From Eledone cirrhosa (lineage: Eukaryota): DNA of 64,000 nt. The notes below the pieces were generated by a model, which did not search any database, was not told the origin of the DNA, and saw only the letters and a program-made list of their open reading frames with translations. Location of the stretch: NCBI GenBank assembly GCA_964016885.1, contig OZ024740.1, forward strand, positions 314,588,001-314,652,000, in the 5' to 3' direction. How positions within the stretch are numbered: the stretch's first letter is position 1; each line of letters starts with the position of its first letter. Shown piece by piece: positions 63,979-64,000 of this stretch. The position numbers and the translations under genes were made by a program.

Positions 63979-64000
63979 GGGAGAGCACATGTGCAATTTG

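Overview
AT-rich, repeat-dense eukaryotic (metazoan) genomic DNA. The SINE and MITE repertoire suggests an octopus or other cephalopod, which is an inference. It is not prokaryotic, and nearly all short ORFs in the ORF track are spurious or transposon debris. Three spliced protein-coding genes can be built by hand. (1) Prefoldin subunit 4 (PFDN4), minus strand, exons 9572-9595, 7012-7116 and 129-199, running off the left edge through an apparent U12-type AT-AC intron. (2) A TMX3-like thioredoxin/PDI gene, plus strand, head-to-head with PFDN4 about 200 bp away, with 9 exons from 9794/9812 to 58365, a WCGHC active site, and a 3' end beyond the window. (3) The last exon of a fibrinogen-related-domain (FReD) gene (62650-63281, minus), nested antisense in a TMX3 intron. 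Introns are filled with retroelements: a near-intact 5'-truncated RTE LINE with a PHD-type zinc finger inside its RT region, other RTE/CR1/CRE fragments, and modular tRNA-derived SINEs, one sharing its 3' end exactly with the LINE. They also hold Helitrons, hAT remnants, piggyBac/mariner/pogo/hAT MITEs, minisatellites and several fold-back hairpins. Most notable: the PHD-bearing RTE with its SINE partners and LINE-SINE chimeras, the minor-spliceosome intron, and a piggyBac-type MITE that sits within about 105 nt of coding exons in 5 of 8 full copies.
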